Below are positions 31,742-41,353 of a stretch of DNA of 64,000 nt, one piece after another. The stretch is from an uncultured Nitrospiraceae bacterium (GTDB taxonomy: Bacteria; Nitrospirota; Nitrospiria; Nitrospirales; Nitrospiraceae). Every line of letters begins with the position of its first letter. The first letter of the stretch is position 1. The translations under genes and the position numbers were made by a program. The notes below the pieces were generated by a model that was given only the letters and a program-made list of their open reading frames with translations, ran no database searches and was not told the DNA's origin. Location: NCBI GenBank assembly GCA_963706325.1, contig CAVPLT010000007.1, positions 416,001-480,000 of the forward strand, written 5' to 3'.

Positions 31742-32512
31742 ATGAAGTCGAATGTGATAAAGCCGCTACAACTTGTGGTCTGTCTGGCGCTCATGGGAGG
31801 CTGCTCGACCACGTATGAACCGCACCTCGTGCTTCCGGCCACCGAGCTCACTCGCTCTATCGATGCCAACGTGGAGGTGCATCCCTTCGTCGCCTCCGAT
31901 GAGTTGGTTTCAGGACATTCCCCCTACGGTGTGCGCGCGGACGACTATTCCAACAAGGCCCCATCTGAATTGACCCAGGCTCTCACCAAGGAAGTGATCG
32001 CCGAATTGTCCGCGCATCGCGTGTTTCGCAAGGTCAGTACCTATGACGCGGCATCCGACCTCATTCTCACGGGAAGGATCGAGCAATTCTTCGAACATGA
32101 CCGACGTAAAGCATGGACCCTCATTCCTGGCGTGACCGATAAGGCCGCCAGTTTGTTTGGTGCCAACTCTAATGCAGCCAATGGAGAGGTCCAAGTCACG
32201 ATGACCTTGCGCAACCCGACGGGGGAGGTGGTGGGCTCTTATGTGGGACAGTCTGAATTCAATGAGGACTACACCCCGAACAGCGAATGGCGCCCCGGTG
32301 ATCGTCTCAATCGGAGTTTAGCGCAGGCCGTCGCGCAGATACGCGACAAGATGTTGGCCGACCCAAGCCTCCCTAAAACGAGAATACTGCCTCCAGTTTC
32401 TCCTGATCAGCTCTCGATAAACTACTGGCTCGCATCAGCCGGCAGTCGACTCTGTAAATTCAGTCGGAGAAACTTGCTGCTCTGTCGACAAAGGGAATCG
32501 ATTCTCCTTTGA
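31742..32512 (+). CDS. Hypothetical lipoprotein
   Basis: MGGC lipobox; DLILTGRI. Confidence 0.65.
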   Translation: MKSNVIKPLQLVVCLALMGGCSTTYEPHLVLPATELTRSIDANVEVHPFVASDELVSGHSPYGVRADDYSNKAPSELTQALTKEVIAELSAHRVFRKVSTYDAASDLILTGRIEQFFEHDRRKAWTLIPGVTDKAASLFGANSNAANGEVQVTMTLRNPTGEVVGSYVGQSEFNEDYTPNSEWRPGDRLNRSLAQAVAQIRDKMLADPSLPKTRILPPVSPDQLSINYWLASAGSRLCKFSRRNLLLCRQRESILL

Positions 32513-32597
32513 TCGCGGGATAATGTGGGCAAAGCATCTGGGAATCGATAGGGAGAGGTTCTAAATCCCGCACGCTTGCATAGCTTACGACGTCGGC

Positions 32598-34205
32598 CTA
32601 ACTTTGGTCGGGGTCAGACCTCGTGCGTCTCTCGTCGAGTGCGCCGGAGATGGCCTGATTAAGCTGTTCAGGGGCTGCATCTTTCGTGAGAAAGGCGGCA
32701 GCTCCTGCCTGCTTCATCGCCTCGGCAACTTGTGGGCTATTGTGAACCGATAGTCCAATGACGACTACGTGCGGGTAGCGAGTGGTAATCCGACGGGTCG
32801 CTTCGATTCCATCCATGACCGGCATATTCACGTCCATGATCGCCACATCGGGCCTCAGAGTCTGGGCTAACTGCACCGCCTCCTGCCCATTCCCTGCCTC
32901 ACCGACCACTTGGATGCGGTCGAATTGTTCCACGATCGCGCGCAATCCCTGGCGCACCATCGGGTGATCATCGACCATGAGCACGCGAACCGGTTCAACC
33001 TGTGAGCTCTCCTTCAATGAGAAGAATGAGGACGTGTCGTTATGAGATGAGGATCGAGTTGGCCGGGCAGACGACGATTGCAGGGAGAAGCTGAGGGTGG
33101 CGATCGTGCCTTGCCCTGGGACTGAAGCGAGTATGAACTGTCCGCCCACCGATTCCATCCGTTCACGGATGCTGAAGAGTCCGAAATGCGGTTCGGGACT
33201 CGCAGGCTCTGCTGATGAATCAAACCCCCTACCTGCGTCCTTTACGGTAATCACAAGGGTCTGCTGTATCAGATCGACCGTCAGCGCCGCATCCGTTGTG
33301 CCGGCATGCTTGACCACGTTCATCAGTAGTTCGCGCACACTCTGAAACAGTAGAATGGCATGTTCTTCACTGAGGTCGACAGAGGGCACATTCAGCTCTA
33401 TGTCCACCTTTAGTCCACGATGCTTCATTTGTTCGGCCAGCCACGTTAGCCCCATGATTAGTCCAAACTCCCGGAGCACCGGTGGCGTCAGCTGGGCGAC
33501 CAGAGAGCGGGTATAAGTGATGGCATCCTGAAGAATTCGATCAGCCTCCCTTAGTTGTTGCTGTGTTGGTTCATTTACTCCTTGGCTCGCTTGGGTGAGT
33601 TTCATGCGACACACCACCAGCATTTGCCCCAAGTAGTCGTGCAGGTCGCTTGCGAGGGTTCGACGCACCCGTTCTTCTGCCAGGCTCAGCTGCGTGGCCA
33701 AGCCGCGCAGCCGGTCTTGCGTCATCTGTAAGGACTGGGTCCGCTTCGAGACGCGTGCGTCCAGTTCGAGCGACAGCGACTTCAGGTCCTCCTCGATCCG
33801 TCTCCGCTCGGTAATGTCACGGGCGCTTTTTGAGGCGCCGATAATGTGTCCAGACGCATCCTTAATAGGCGAGACGGTCAAGGACACCAGCACACGGCTC
33901 CCATCTTTGCGCACGCGCGTGGTTTCAAAATGATCGACTCGTTCGCCGCGTTTGATTTTATCCAGGATGTGCTGCTCTTCAGAATGCCGCTCCTCAGGAA
34001 TCAGCATCGTAATGGGTTGACCGACGGCCTCAGCCTTCGTATAGCCGTAAATCCGCTCCGCTGCCGCATTCCACGACTGGATGATTCCTGTCAGACTTTT
34101 ACTGATAATGGCGTCGTCGGAGGATTCGACAATCGCGGCTAATAGTGCCATTTCCGGAAAGTGGACAGAGCCTTGGCTGGAGGAAGGTTGTGAAGGCATA
34201 TCCAA
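32598..34205 (-). CDS. Hybrid PAS / HisKA_3 kinase / receiver protein
   Basis: SSDDAII PAS; EERVRRTLASDLHDYLGQ; NVVKHA; HFGLFSIRER; VDDHPMVRQGL receiver without HTH. Confidence 0.92.
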   Translation of the reverse strand: MDMPSQPSSSQGSVHFPEMALLAAIVESSDDAIISKSLTGIIQSWNAAAERIYGYTKAEAVGQPITMLIPEERHSEEQHILDKIKRGERVDHFETTRVRKDGSRVLVSLTVSPIKDASGHIIGASKSARDITERRRIEEDLKSLSLELDARVSKRTQSLQMTQDRLRGLATQLSLAEERVRRTLASDLHDYLGQMLVVCRMKLTQASQGVNEPTQQQLREADRILQDAITYTRSLVAQLTPPVLREFGLIMGLTWLAEQMKHRGLKVDIELNVPSVDLSEEHAILLFQSVRELLMNVVKHAGTTDAALTVDLIQQTLVITVKDAGRGFDSSAEPASPEPHFGLFSIRERMESVGGQFILASVPGQGTIATLSFSLQSSSARPTRSSSHNDTSSFFSLKESSQVEPVRVLMVDDHPMVRQGLRAIVEQFDRIQVVGEAGNGQEAVQLAQTLRPDVAIMDVNMPVMDGIEATRRITTRYPHVVVIGLSVHNSPQVAEAMKQAGAAAFLTKDAAPEQLNQAISGALDERRTRSDPDQS

Positions 34206-34285
34206 TCGATGTTAAGCGACGTCAGTTGCCGACGCCACTAGGAATCCCCCCGGCGAGCGGTGATTTCTTAAATCTGTGAGAATTT

Positions 34286-35497
34286 CTACTCTGAACCGGC
34301 CATGTGTGCCAACGGCAGCGTGAACCGAAATGAGCTTCCTTGACCCAGCGTCGAGTCTACCCATAGGGTTCCTCCGTGGGCTTCAACTATCAACTTCGCA
34401 ATGTAGAGGCCCAAGCCCAAGCCCCCTTCAGCCCTATTGAGCTGAGAGAATTTCCGGAACAGCTTCAGTTAATCCTGTTCGGCAATCCCTGGCCCCGTGT
34501 CGGTAATGGAAACGGTTACCTGAGCTGAATCTCTTGTTGCAGCGACCCGGATCGAGCCTCCGGCCGGCGTAAACTTGATCGCATTTCCGATTAAATTAGA
34601 GACGGCTTGGATTAAACGGTCATGATCCGCCGATACCCAGAGGGGGTCTGGACATATATCGGCGAGCAAGACGCAAGACTTGTTGATCGCGACCGGCGAA
34701 AACAGCTTCACGGTTTCCTGCAAAAGCAGGCAGAGGTTCGCGCTGGTCAAGCTGAGCGTCACTGTTCCATGAGCGAATCGCTCAATGTCTAAGATGGCAT
34801 CGACCATGCGACCCATAAATGCCGCATTATCCTCCATGGCCGAGACCTGGGTGATGAGATTGGCTTGGTCCCAAGAATCTCTGGAGAGCTGCCTTCGCAG
34901 GAGCTGGGCGCCAATCGAGATGGCAACGGATTGGTTCTTGAGGTCGTGACAGATCATTCCCAGGGCCAGCTCGCGGTCTGCTGCTTCTTCTCTGGTGCTC
35001 GCGTGGCGCGTTTCTTCTGCTGCGAGATGCCGCAGCGCCTGCTGAGAGGCAAGGTCCGCGCACTCTCGTTCATGGCCCAGGCTCTTATTTGTACGGTCTC
35101 TCTCTGTCGACAAGAGTGCTTCTACCAGCAACTGGTTTTCCCGCCGCTCTCGCCATAAGTTTGAATCCTGTCGCTGGCGTTCATTAGCGATTTCTTTATC
35201 CGACTGTTCGCGCTCCGCCATGACCAGGGATTGGTCACCTGTCGTTATCCGTTCACGCCCCTCAGTTTCGTGCCGATCGCGCGCCGCTCGGTCACGGGTT
35301 CGACATTCGTCCGCACTACGACGATCCCCCTCGACGGCTTCAGTCGTTTGCCGCTCCACTTCTAGGCGTCTGGTCTCGAGGTGTGCGTCGGTCTTCGCGC
35401 GCTCGTCCTGTAGGCTCTTGTCCGTCTCGGCTCGGCCGGATTCCGACTCTTCATCCCTGGCAGTCATGGCCAGACTCCTCTTCGGCTGGCTGAACAT
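34286..35497 (-). pseudogene. Histidine kinase with an internal TAA in the HATPase domain
   Basis: After TAA 34469-34471 the same frame continues [33 protein letters not shown] to TAG 34286. Confidence 0.85.
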
Positions 35498-35855
35498 ACA
35501 ACTTCCGCCGGTTTCCCACCATGTGGTTGCACGACTCTGCCGAGGCCCTGTCGTTCGGTAGGAATCTTATCATCCATCAAGCTGGTCCTAGGTTGCTAGC
35601 CGCTCCGGACCGTACTCTGGTGTACTGGCCATGCTCTCGACTGCGCCCAACCTAGCGCAAGAGGTGGACAAGGAGGATCAGGAAAGATTGTCTGGCAACT
35701 CTCATAGGCATAGTTTCGATGATTCTGGTGAGGTTAGAATGGCTTAGGAATGCCGGAGAGCTGCCAATGCACAAGCTATGCAGTATCCCATTCTCGTACT
35801 TCCCCTCAGGCCGCGTTATAGCGGACCGGAATGTACCCAATAAAGATGATTTGCA

Positions 35856-36077
35856 CTATTTCTTTTTGCCTGGGGTAAGTTTTCGGGGTTTCGCGTCTCC
35901 TCGATCGCCTGGCCCCTTTTTGCTAACCGTTTTCGCTTTTCGCCGACGATCCTGGCTTAGTGACTTGCTCACGTCGTCTTGGGAGTCGGTAAACTTCCCG
36001 TCCTTGGTGCGCCGCACATACCGTTTATCCTTCTTTTGTGGCTTGAGCAATTCGCGTTTTGCAGCCTTCCGTGGCAT
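35856..36077 (-). CDS. Small basic conserved protein (stress-associated type)
   Basis: RELLKP..DKRYVRR..GKF...DDV.KSLS.DRRRKAK...G.GDRGD. Confidence 0.75.
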   Translation of the reverse strand: MPRKAAKRELLKPQKKDKRYVRRTKDGKFTDSQDDVSKSLSQDRRRKAKTVSKKGPGDRGDAKPRKLTPGKKK

Positions 36078-36434
36078 ATCTGCGCCCTCTTCTGCCGGGG
36101 TACTTCCTATTCAATCAATGGGAGCCTAGTAAAATCCCTGAGGAAAACCGTGGCCATCAAACAACGGATCTCTCTAGGGTCATTTCTAGGACGGTCAGAG
36201 TAAAGGAAAGTGTAGGTTCGAGAATGTCATTTTTCGCGCAGTGGCCTAAGCTCTGCACATGACTTCTCACGGATGTCTTCACAGTCTCGCGACGCGATCA
36301 TGGACAGTGGCGTCGGGCACGCTCCGAGCACCAAACTGCCGCTAGAGGGGATCTTTATCCGCGCAGCTGCTTACTAGATGCTCGTACGGCCACGCCTACG
36401 GAAGCTGGGTGTGCTGTTCAATCAAGGAGGTCTT

Positions 36435-36731
36435 ATGCCTGTCACATTAATCAATGTTTTTACGGTTCCGGAGGACAAAGAAGGCGAATTTGTGAAATGG
36501 TGGGAAGCCGTGAAAGAGAACATCACGAAACAAGAGGGGTTCATCAGCGGAAAATTCCATAAGGCCATCAAGTCAGGCAGCAGATACAACTACATTAATG
36601 TGGCGCTCTGGAAGGATGAAGATGTCTACTGGAAGGCCTATGAGAAAAGTGTGACGCCTATGAAGGCAAAGTTAGGGGAGTTAAATGTCGAAATGACTCC
36701 GGCTCTCTATCAGGTCGCATTCGACTACTGA
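36435..36731 (+). CDS. Antibiotic biosynthesis monooxygenase (ABM) family protein
   Basis: AAGGAGG RBS; VTLINVFTV..F...W...QEGFIS..H..YINVALW. Confidence 0.85.
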   Translation: MPVTLINVFTVPEDKEGEFVKWWEAVKENITKQEGFISGKFHKAIKSGSRYNYINVALWKDEDVYWKAYEKSVTPMKAKLGELNVEMTPALYQVAFDY

Positions 36732-36945
36732 CCTCGGTTGTAGGCGACTGACCTTCGACAGCGCTAGAGGGAAAAGCTACTGCCGGTTTAACTGAACCAA
36801 CCCTAGCCGGCTGCGGTGAGCCCCTGTGAGGATCGGAACCCCTGTGGTTTCACGCTTCCCTAAATTGATAGTGCAGCCGCTGGTCATCCATGAGGTTCAC
36901 GTTCAGTGGAGATCGCGCTAGCGACACGGCTCTGTGCTTTCCCGT

Positions 36946-37134
36946 TCAATGCTTGTCGAAGCACTTCGCAAGGCTCAGAGAGGCATCCGCCCGGGTCACC
37001 TGGCACTTGAGATGCTCGCAGACGCATGGTTCTGACCACCGCCCGATTGCAGCTTCTTCGCAGATTTCACCGCAGTAAAGTCCATTTTCCGGTTGGCACA
37101 GGCATGGTGGGTGGGCACATTTCTTTTTAGCCAC
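36946..37134 (-). CDS. Metallothionein-like peptide
   Basis: GGGAG + GTG; KCAHPPCLC..YCGEIC..CVCEHLKC. Confidence 0.65.
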   Translation of the reverse strand: MAKKKCAHPPCLCQPENGLYCGEICEEAAIGRWSEPCVCEHLKCQVTRADASLSLAKCFDKH

Positions 37135-37460
37135 GAGCGAGACTCCCAAAGGCGTCAACACTAGAAGGGATTTGAGCCTGGTGCTATGGGGGCGTTCACT
37201 AGATTTATGGTCTCGCTCTACTAGCGCAGTGTCACTCCTATTAGAAAGCGCTATGGATGAGTTTGGGACCGGCCTCCCTTATTTTGGTTTGTGAAAGATC
37301 CGCGATAGCCATGGCCCTATGAGTTCTCATCGACCACACTGGTGACTCACGGGGCGCAGGCGCTAACCTGCGCTTATACGTTGGTCTTCCTCCAGAATCG
37401 TCAAAACTGACACTTGCCAGTCGTGAGGAATCGTTTTGATTGCAATTCTCCTGCGAGCAA

Positions 37461-37478
37461 CGTGTCATAATTGACACG
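37461..37478. promoter_or_regulatory. Palindrome, candidate activator site
   Basis: CGTGTCA-TAAT-TGACACG. Confidence 0.45.
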
Positions 37479-37639
37479 AACCTGGTGCGAATCGGCCACA
37501 ACTCCACCTGCCTCTTCGAGAGATATGCAATCTCAGTAGTTTAAAAATGCCTTGAATTGTGGTGATTCAACAGGATAGTAGAGGTCGAGCGAGGCGGAGC
37601 AGATCGTGGCCGCCCGCCTTTAGTTGCATGCCCGCAGGC

Positions 37640-37655
37640 TGGCATTAAGTTTGCT
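37640..37655 (+). promoter_or_regulatory. Sigma-54 promoter
   Basis: TGGCATTAAGTTTGCT, a near-consensus -24/-12 element. Confidence 0.75.
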
Positions 37656-37740
37656 GCATTAGGTGGCTGAAGGAAACGGAGAGTCGACTTAAAAGGAGAT
37701 GCAGGGTTACGACACCTTCACGGATCCTCAAGGAGGCAGC

Positions 37741-37989
37741 ATGGCGACGAATAGGAAGAACGCTGATCCGAACGGAAACGCAGTTGACGCATCGAATGCC
37801 GAATCTCCCCGGAGTCTCACCTACGACGAGAAAAAAGCCGCTGAGGCCGCCTTCTGCGGCGAACCGTTCAACCCCGCCTGGTCGGCCACGGCAGAACGAG
37901 TGTATGAGGGAATCATGCTGGCGAAGGGAACCAGAGCGCTGGAGTCACTCGCGGATGCCCCAGTCGATTCCGAGTGCGTCCTGAGCTGA
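37741..37989 (+). CDS. Small hypothetical protein
   Basis: AAGGAGG RBS; RSLTYDEKKAAEAAF.G.PFNPAWS. Confidence 0.7.
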   Translation: MATNRKNADPNGNAVDASNAESPRSLTYDEKKAAEAAFCGEPFNPAWSATAERVYEGIMLAKGTRALESLADAPVDSECVLS

Positions 37990-38112
37990 AGGTTTTCCGA
38001 TGCAGGCGCGTCCGTCCGCCTGCAAGCTGTAGGGAAAAGACGGCAACCTGTGATTTGTCCCAGGCGGTGAGGTCCTCTCAGGGATCAATCGTTATAGTCA
38101 GGACATCGGCGG

Positions 38113-38706
38113 CTACAGTCTGCGGGCACGAATGAGGTCCGACACCGGAAATCCCAGCTGGCTAGCATACTCGACCAGCCGCTGATAGATCGCGTCATCA
38201 AGCTGAGGAGTACGGGAGAGAATCCAGAGAAAGCGACGATCCGGCGTACCCACCAACGCGGTTCGGTAGTCGGGGTCAAGAGCGAGAATCCAATAGTTCC
38301 CTTCACGCGACGAGCCGAAGAGCCGGGCAAAGTAGTTGTCGAATACCACGTTGAGCCTGGCATTCGTCGTCCGGTCGACTACCGTCGCCACACCTTCCGC
38401 CTGCTCAACACCTCCGCTGTCTGTCACACATTCATTGTGTACTCCGACCGCTCCGTCTGAACGACTCGTATAGATTGCCTTTGAGTCTAGGCAGTGTCGC
38501 TGAAACCACATCGGCAACCGTGCTATCTCGTACCACGTCCCTGCATAACGGGCGAGATCCACCGACGGGACCGTCGGCAAGGTGTCTTTCCGATCCACGC
38601 CCGCGCAGGATGTCACGATCAGGCATAGTGCCGCGGCTGCAACTATCCTTCCTGCTCGGACCAGATATCTGCCGGAATCTCGCATCAGCGTCTCCATGGT
38701 CGACAT
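38113..38706 (-). CDS. blc: Lipocalin lipoprotein (Blc-like)
   Basis: VDLARYAGTWYEIARLP, GNYWIL, LWILSRTP. Confidence 0.9.
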   Translation of the reverse strand: MSTMETLMRDSGRYLVRAGRIVAAAALCLIVTSCAGVDRKDTLPTVPSVDLARYAGTWYEIARLPMWFQRHCLDSKAIYTSRSDGAVGVHNECVTDSGGVEQAEGVATVVDRTTNARLNVVFDNYFARLFGSSREGNYWILALDPDYRTALVGTPDRRFLWILSRTPQLDDAIYQRLVEYASQLGFPVSDLIRARRL

Positions 38707-38962
38707 GAAAATACGTTATCCCTTCAATGCATAAAATAACTCCAGGCCTTTCACCGGAGCAAGCTGTAATGACGCCGCTGATTATGCATGATGTCGTCCA
38801 GCGTCATGAGTCTCTACATGGCAAACATCGAACTTGTCTCAAAGAATTAAGCTGCCCTCGACCCCATAGTGGCTGAGGGGCGTCTCGAGTTGTTGCTCCA
38901 AGGTCCTCACGGCCGTTAAGCTCAAGGGAAAACCGGGACTCATTTTTCCAGGGAGAAGGACG

Positions 38963-39583
38963 ATGAAGCCACCGATCAGCGACATTGCGTTTACGGACTC
39001 AGTGAAGGCGATTCAGGCCCGCATGGGTTCGCGCAAGCAGTATGAGAGGATGGAAACGACTGATGGGTGGGAAAATACCATCTCCATGGACCTCGCGGCC
39101 TTCATCGGCGAACGTGATTCCTTTTATTTCGCCACGGCCAATGCAAAGGGGCAGCCGTATATCCAGCACCGTGGGGGACCGAAGGGATTCCTCAAGGTGT
39201 TGGATGACCACACGCTGGCGTTTGCCGATTTCGCAGGCAATCGGCAGTACATCTCTATCGGGAACCTGGCGGAGAACAAGCAAGCCTTTCTGTTTCTCAT
39301 GGATTACGTCAATCAAACTCGAGTCAAAATCTGGGGAACTGCCGAGGTCGTCGACAATGATCCGCGCCTTGTGAAAGAACTCAGTGACGCGAGCTATAAG
39401 GGGAAACCAGAACGCGCCATCCGCTTTCGCGTGGAAGCAGTCGATATCAATTGCCGGCAGCACATTCAACCGCGGTTCACACAGGCAGAGGTTGAAGCCC
39501 TGGTGCAGCCACTGCGCGAACGGCTTACCGAATTGGAAGCCGAGAATACTGCCTTGAAACGCTCAGGCGCGCGCACCCCGTAG
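38963..39583 (+). CDS. Pyridoxamine 5'-phosphate oxidase-like FMN-binding protein
   Basis: PYIQHRGGPKGFL, DFAGNRQYIS.GNL, DINCRQHI. Confidence 0.88.
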   Translation: MKPPISDIAFTDSVKAIQARMGSRKQYERMETTDGWENTISMDLAAFIGERDSFYFATANAKGQPYIQHRGGPKGFLKVLDDHTLAFADFAGNRQYISIGNLAENKQAFLFLMDYVNQTRVKIWGTAEVVDNDPRLVKELSDASYKGKPERAIRFRVEAVDINCRQHIQPRFTQAEVEALVQPLRERLTELEAENTALKRSGARTP

Positions 39584-39618
39584 GTCATCGAGCGTCTGTG
39601 TCTCGTTCTGCGGTGAGG

Positions 39619-40383
39619 TCAGGGAAGTTGCATGCCGATCCCGAAGGTTGCCGCATAGCCATCGGCTGTTGCTGTCGGAGCGAGCATCAGTTGATCCCCG
39701 CCACGCCTAAAAATGCGATCATCCTGGTTTTGCGCGTTGCGCCGGCCTTTCGAGGCATAGGGTTGATCGGCGTGCACGCGATCCGTGAGTCCATCATCGA
39801 AGTACATTTGCGACGTAAACTCCGAGTGCCGCTCGGCGGCGTGCGCCGTCCGAACCTTCATGTGAATGTGCACCGTCCTGCCCGCATACCAACCTGGATA
39901 GATGGTGAGGAATGTGGCTTCGCCCCGTGCGTCGGTGATCTGATAGCCACGCAAAAATTTTTGGCCGATGGTGGTGAATCCCGCGTCTTGCACATCCGAA
40001 TACGCACCCAGCGCGTCGCAGTGCCAGATATCCACCTGAGCGCCGGCCAATGGCTGACAATCTCCAGAACCAAGCCGAACTATTTGCAATGTCAGCGTGA
40101 GTGGCGTACCGGGTTTGACTTCGCCGCTAGTCGGATCTGAACGGATGTCGGATCGGTTCAAGCGCTCATCGACGAAATAGGGACCTTCGGTTTGCTCCGG
40201 TCTGACGACGCAGGCGGGAACGTGGATGGCCGCAATAGATTGCCGAGAAACCAGACCGCTGCCCATGAACCCAAGCGCGCCGGTTACGCCGAGCAATGTG
40301 AGCATTTGACGACGGGAGAGGAGATGTTGTGTGGGCGACTCAGCAGATATGAGAGACGGTCTTCTCATTGAGAGCTTCTCCAT
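39619..40383 (-). CDS. Tat-exported intradiol ring-cleavage dioxygenase-like protein
   Basis: SRRQML twin-arginine motif; EGPYF, DIWHCD..G.Y, YPGWY.GRTVHIH. Confidence 0.88.
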   Translation of the reverse strand: MEKLSMRRPSLISAESPTQHLLSRRQMLTLLGVTGALGFMGSGLVSRQSIAAIHVPACVVRPEQTEGPYFVDERLNRSDIRSDPTSGEVKPGTPLTLTLQIVRLGSGDCQPLAGAQVDIWHCDALGAYSDVQDAGFTTIGQKFLRGYQITDARGEATFLTIYPGWYAGRTVHIHMKVRTAHAAERHSEFTSQMYFDDGLTDRVHADQPYASKGRRNAQNQDDRIFRRGGDQLMLAPTATADGYAATFGIGMQLP

Positions 40384-40690
40384 AAAACGCGCGGGCGCAA
40401 GTTTGACTGGAAGGTGGCGTTAGATTTTCATCAGTGATTAGCGATGTTTTAACGCTCTCTCTGCTCATACTTGGTTGATCTGTGAAGCTAACCGTAGTCG
40501 GGACAGCCTACGTTCCGCGAAGAAGGGTGTCAACGACACTGAGCAGGCAATTGCCTATTTGTTAAGGGAAGGTCCCAACCTGCGAGACGGAGCAAAGGAG
40601 CAGACTGCGCATTCACACTAGCAGCGATAGAACGGCAGGTTGATCGAATGTAGGCTGTGCAGAAACATTGACATGTTCATCCACGCGGCT

Positions 40691-40722
40691 CGCCGGGGCC
40701 CCCTTCACAGGAGACCCCGGCG
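40691..40722 (-). terminator. 14-bp hairpin with GUGA tetraloop
   Basis: Minus strand CGCCGGGGTCTCCT-GTGA-AGGGGGCCCCGGCG just after the stop at 40746; no U-tract. Confidence 0.5.
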
Positions 40723-40745
40723 CAATGATGAGGGCCGGTCGCGGG

Positions 40746-41099
40746 TTACTGCACTTCGACGTTGATGCTCTGGGTAGCGGTCAGGAGGGCATGATCCTTA
40801 GTGGCGCCGGTCACGGTCACCTTGTGCTTGCCTTTGGGGACACCCTTGAATGTTCCCCCGAAACCCTTCTGATACTGATCATCCAGATACACGTGGGCGT
40901 GTGCCGCTTGAGAGCCCTTGGTCAATTCGTACTTGAGCTCAAAGCTGTCGCTGACCTTGTCTCCATCCTTGGGAGAGGTAATCACGATTTTTGACCCGTC
41001 ATCGATCGGCTTATCAGCCGCGAAAACCGGCGTCCCGCCGAGCATGCTCACTAATGCAATGCCCAGTCCCACAAATCCGATGCTTTTCATCACATGCAT
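40746..41099 (-). CDS. Small secreted Ig-like, His-containing protein
   Basis: AAGGAGG RBS; signal peptide; ITSPKDG, HAHVYLD, GKHKVTV. Confidence 0.7.
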   Translation of the reverse strand: MHVMKSIGFVGLGIALVSMLGGTPVFAADKPIDDGSKIVITSPKDGDKVSDSFELKYELTKGSQAAHAHVYLDDQYQKGFGGTFKGVPKGKHKVTVTGATKDHALLTATQSINVEVQ

Positions 41100-41353
41100 G
41101 ACGGCCTCCTTGTTTAAACTAATCGAGTGAACGCTGCACCTTATCATCTCTACGAAAGATTCGCTGAGATGGATTCATCTGATCCAATGGCACGTAGGCA
41201 CTCGGCAAGCGGCGGAGGAAAAACGGAGTAGATGCTGAAGCAGATCCTGACACTTGCTCTAGGTAGGTGGCAAGGTTAAGGTGGTCGTAGTCACTACCAT
41301 CTGCTGAGGGATTTCTATGTCTCAATGGTGTGATCCGTCTGGATAAGGAATTC

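Noticed and set aside
36750..36830. Possible c-di-GMP riboswitch
   Set aside because: Lacks the GGCAAA..GAAA P2 element and tetraloop/receptor; only superficial similarity.
40834..40844. TTGGGGACACC match to the tRNA-Glu 3' end as a possible attR
   Set aside because: Only 11 nt, inside an intact CDS (encodes KGVPKG on the minus strand); compatible with chance.
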